Source: OCS155 cluster bacterium AG-426-D23
GTDB taxonomy: Bacteria > Actinomycetota > Acidimicrobiia > Actinomarinales > Actinomarinaceae
NCBI GenBank assembly: GCA_003213165.1
Contig: QCNO01000001.1
Span: 65,152-129,151, forward strand
Direction of reading: 5' to 3'
DNA: 64,000 bases
A program made the translations under genes and the position numbers. Within the stretch, counting starts at the first letter, position 1. Each line of letters opens with the position of its first letter. The notes under the pieces were generated by a model. The model made no database searches and was not told the origin of the DNA. It saw only the letters and a program-made list of their open reading frames with translations. This document shows positions 61,239-64,000 of this stretch, in pieces.

Positions 61239-62015
61239 ATGAAGATTGTAAGGGCTAAATTTCAAGGTGAAATATTTTATGGTGAATTACATGAAGGCGA
61301 AGTTCTAAGATATGAAGGTTCACCTCTAGTAATTTGGGAACCAACCGAAGAGAAGTATTCTGTTGAAGAAATTCAACTGCTTGCTCCAGTTCTGCCGAGT
61401 AAAGTAACAGCAGTTGCAAAAAATTACGAAAAACATGCAGTTGAGCTGGGAGTGCATGATTATACTGCGCCAAGCAATCCTGTCTTTTTTAACAAACCTT
61501 CAACTTCAGTAATCGGAACCGGAGAAAATATAATATATCCTAAGATCGCTCAACACGTAGACCATGAGGCAGAATTAGCAGTTGTAATTGGAAAGCTTAG
61601 TAAAAACCTAACTCATGAAAACTGGATGGAACATGTACTCGGCTTAACCATAGCTAACGATTTGTCTGAAAGAGTTTTACAGGGGCAGGATGGCACTTTT
61701 AATGGCAACTTTACAAGAGCAAAAAGTTTTGATACTTTTTGTCCGCTAGGCCCCTTTATTCAAACAAATTTTGAGCAAAATCCAGAATTAAGTATTAAGT
61801 GTTTTGTCAATAATGAACTAAAACAAGACGGAAATACTAGAGATATGATTTTTAGTATTGGAGATATTTTATGTTTTGTATCTTCAATAATGACTCTACT
61901 GCCAGGTGATGTGATTCTTACTGGTACTCCCGAAGGTGTTTCTAAAGTGGGTCCTGGTGATGAAATTAAAATTGAAATTGAAACAATAGGAACTTTAGTT
62001 AATAGCATTAAGTAG
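61239..62015 (+). CDS. Fumarylacetoacetate hydrolase (FAH) family protein
   Basis: FAH-fold motifs (NY..H..E......P..F.K ... DHE.ELAVVIG ... GD.I.TGTPEGV). Lies upstream of gltX, a position that from memory is common in actinobacteria. Confidence 0.88.
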   Translation: MKIVRAKFQGEIFYGELHEGEVLRYEGSPLVIWEPTEEKYSVEEIQLLAPVLPSKVTAVAKNYEKHAVELGVHDYTAPSNPVFFNKPSTSVIGTGENIIYPKIAQHVDHEAELAVVIGKLSKNLTHENWMEHVLGLTIANDLSERVLQGQDGTFNGNFTRAKSFDTFCPLGPFIQTNFEQNPELSIKCFVNNELKQDGNTRDMIFSIGDILCFVSSIMTLLPGDVILTGTPEGVSKVGPGDEIKIEIETIGTLVNSIK

Positions 62016-63326
62016 ATGAAATTAAGAATTGCACCATCACCAACAGGACAGTTACATATTGGAAATGCGAGAACGGCATTATTTAATTGGTTATATGCAA
62101 AAGCAAATAATGGTACTTTTCTTGTGCGTATTGATGACACTGATACAGATAGAAGTACAAGCGAATATCAAAAAGATATAATAGAAAATCTTAGATGGCT
62201 AGGTTTGAATTGGGATGAAGGTATTGAAGTTGGTGGCTCACATGGTTCTTACAAACAATCATCAAGATTCGATCGCTACCAAGAAGTTGCAGAAAATCTC
62301 TTATCTAGGAATTTAGCCTACGAAGATGATGGTGCAATAAGATTTAAAGTACCTAATGATGGATTAATAGAATTCGAGGATTACATAAGGGGTAAAATGT
62401 CATTTAATCTTTCGGATGTTGAAGATTTTGTTATTCTTCGTTCTGACAAATCTCCAACATATCATTTAGCTTCAACTGTTGATGATTTAGATTATGGAAT
62501 AACAATTATTGCTCGGGGCGAAGACATACTATCCTCAACTCCAAAACATATTATGTTATTTAAAGCAATGGATGCTAATCTTCCAGATTTTTGTCATCTT
62601 CCTTTGTTGTTTGGCCCAGATGGAAAAAAACTAAGTAAAAGACATGGAGATACTTCTGTAGAAGCATTCAGAAGTAAAGGCATTTTAAGCGAGGCCATGT
62701 TTAACTATCTGTGTTTACTCGGATGGTCGCCAGGTAAAGACCTAGAAAAATTTAATATTGATACTGCAATAAATAAGTTTGACCTAAAGAACGTACTGCC
62801 AAATTCTGCGATTTTTGATGAGAAAAAATTATTGTGGTTAAATGGTCTTTATATCCGCTCAACAGATACTAAAGATTTTCAAGCTAAAGCATTGTCTCAA
62901 ATTGAGAATGATATAGCAAGGGAGCTTTTTGATGAGGAAAAAAGTAGACTTATCAAAATATTTCCTTCAGTACAAGAACGAATTGAAACTTTAGCAGATC
63001 TTACTCACCAGATTATGTTTCTGATAGATGAACCTTTTAATGTCGATACACTAGATTGGCAGGATGTAAACAGTGAAGAAGCACAAAAGTATTTGTTCTT
63101 ATTAAGGGAAGAACTAATAAAGTTAGATAATTTTAGTTTAGAAATAATAGAAACAATTATGAGAAAAATACTTAAAGAAATAAATGTTAAACCTAAAGTT
63201 GGATTTCAAGCGGTACGGGTTTCAATCACTGGAACAAAAATTAGCCCCCCACTTTTTGAATCAATATTTGCTTTAGGTAAGCAAGCAGTGATTGCACGTT
63301 TAGCTGAAAGTATTGAAAAATTATAA
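62016..63326 (+). CDS. gltX: Glutamate--tRNA ligase
   Basis: HIGH-type SPTGQLHIGNA and KMSKS-type KLSKRHG. Starts immediately after the FAH gene stop. Confidence 0.96.
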   Translation: MKLRIAPSPTGQLHIGNARTALFNWLYAKANNGTFLVRIDDTDTDRSTSEYQKDIIENLRWLGLNWDEGIEVGGSHGSYKQSSRFDRYQEVAENLLSRNLAYEDDGAIRFKVPNDGLIEFEDYIRGKMSFNLSDVEDFVILRSDKSPTYHLASTVDDLDYGITIIARGEDILSSTPKHIMLFKAMDANLPDFCHLPLLFGPDGKKLSKRHGDTSVEAFRSKGILSEAMFNYLCLLGWSPGKDLEKFNIDTAINKFDLKNVLPNSAIFDEKKLLWLNGLYIRSTDTKDFQAKALSQIENDIARELFDEEKSRLIKIFPSVQERIETLADLTHQIMFLIDEPFNVDTLDWQDVNSEEAQKYLFLLREELIKLDNFSLEIIETIMRKILKEINVKPKVGFQAVRVSITGTKISPPLFESIFALGKQAVIARLAESIEKL

Positions 63327-63365
63327 CAACTAATAATTAAAATACTTTATTCTTATTGTTTATAC

Positions 63366-63438
63366 GGCCCCGTCGTCCAGAGGCCTAGGACGCTGGGTTT
63401 TCAACCCAGAAACGCCGGTTCGAATCCGGTCGGGGCTG
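63366..63438 (+). tRNA. tRNA-Glu (anticodon UUC)
   Basis: Hand-folded cloverleaf. Acceptor GGCCCCG/CGGGGCT, D arm GTCC..GGAC, anticodon stem CTGGG/CCCAG with loop TTTTCAA, T arm GCCGG-TTCGAAT-CCGGT. No encoded CCA. Confidence 0.9.
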
Positions 63439-63444
63439 CAACAT

Positions 63445-63516
63445 TCGGGGATAGTGTAATTGGCAACACAATGGGTTCTGGTTCCATTATTGAGGGTTCA
63501 AGTCCTTCTCCCCGAG
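63445..63516 (+). tRNA. tRNA-Gln (anticodon CUG)
   Basis: Hand-folded cloverleaf. Acceptor TCGGGGA/TCCCCGA (U1-A72, typical of tRNA-Gln), anticodon stem ATGGG/TCCAT with loop TTCTGGT, T arm GAGGG-TTCAAGT-CCTTC. No encoded CCA. Confidence 0.85.
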
Positions 63517-63520
63517 CAGA

Positions 63521-63593
63521 GGCCCCGTCGTCTAGAGGCCTAGGACGCTGCCCTCTCAAGGCAGAAACGCCGGTTCAAATCCGGTCGGGGCTG
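63521..63593 (+). tRNA. tRNA-Glu (anticodon CUC)
   Basis: Near-copy of the first tRNA-Glu, with anticodon stem CTGCC/GGCAG and loop CTCTCAA. T loop TTCAAAT. No encoded CCA. Confidence 0.9.
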
Positions 63594-64000
63594 CTAATCT
63601 TCGAGTTTTTTAAACCAACGAGGTGTATTTAGTAAAAATTCTGAGAAATCTTTTTGAGTATCTAGTTCAAAATAAAGCTCCCTATTAAATACTTGCTTAT
63701 AATTTAAATTTAATTTCTCAAATTCTATGATGTGTTTTTTGAAACTGTTTTCTCCATATTTAAAATTTTCAAAAAAGACATTCCCTCCAATTAGAGGCGT
63801 TCCATTGTCTGAGCTTTTTGAGATTACAATTTGATTATTTTGAATTTCTTGAAGAAAAACGGAAATATTGTATTTGTTAAGGTACGGCAAGTCAGCGTGA
63901 CAAATTGCCCAAGATGAAAATTTGTTCGCTAACTTTATAAATTCTTTGACCTCACTATTTAATCCATTTGATTTTGAACTGAATGTAGTGACCTCAATTT
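63594..64000 (-). CDS. Partial CDS (5' end outside the window), possibly a MobA/CofC-like nucleotidyltransferase
   Basis: The reading frame is open upstream of the ORF-track start all the way to the window edge (...SSWAICHADLPYLNKYN...). The ADLP.L segment resembles MobA/CofC-type transferases. The stop codon abuts tRNA-Glu(CUC). Confidence 0.4.
   Translation of the reverse strand, partial: IEVTTFSSKSNGLNSEVKEFIKLANKFSSWAICHADLPYLNKYNISVFLQEIQNNQIVISKSSDNGTPLIGGNVFFENFKYGENSFKKHIIEFEKLNLNYKQVFNRELYFELDTQKDFSEFLLNTPRWFKKLED

Overview
AT-rich, very gene-dense bacterial chromosome segment with about 62 CDS, 3 tRNAs, short intergenic gaps and many 1-4 nt start/stop overlaps. Gene order and gene content indicate a streamlined, low-GC actinobacterium, possibly a marine Actinomarinales-like lineage; this is inference only. 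Supporting gene order: rho-rpmE-prfA-prmC-tsaC-glyA-atpIBEFHAGDC and gltX followed by tRNA-Gln/Glu. Supporting gene content: NiSOD with SodX, KorAB, Asp-type MurA, a class-E-like sortase and GatCAB. From about 8.6 kb to 64 kb the window is core housekeeping: transcription termination and translation release, F1Fo ATP synthase, a complete pstSCAB-phoU-RR-HK phosphate unit, korAB, sodN/sodX, metG, amt-gltB, deoC-ALDH, murA, Fe-S and tRNA thiolation genes, ligA, dapDE, gatCAB, ilvE and gltX. The left 7.6 kb is the accessory part. It is a tightly coupled four-gene cell-surface module. Gene 1 is a giant protein, truncated at the window edge, with at least 10 tandem ~104-aa Cys-pair/WRYK modules and a non-canonical YAITG sorting signal. 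Gene 2 is a sortase whose ~330-aa cytoplasmic N-terminal extension contains a RecA C-terminal-domain-like segment. Gene 3 is a polytopic membrane protein. Gene 4 is a Thr-linker HExxH protein. This module is my best candidate for an undescribed system. Other notable points are a PstS made of two fused full-length binding domains with mosaic nucleotide identity, a sensor-less histidine kinase, a Cys/His-rich mini-ORF coupled between sodX and korA, a truncated ALDH paralog, and several candidate regulatory repeats and hairpins. I saw no rRNA, CRISPR array, transposase or integrase.
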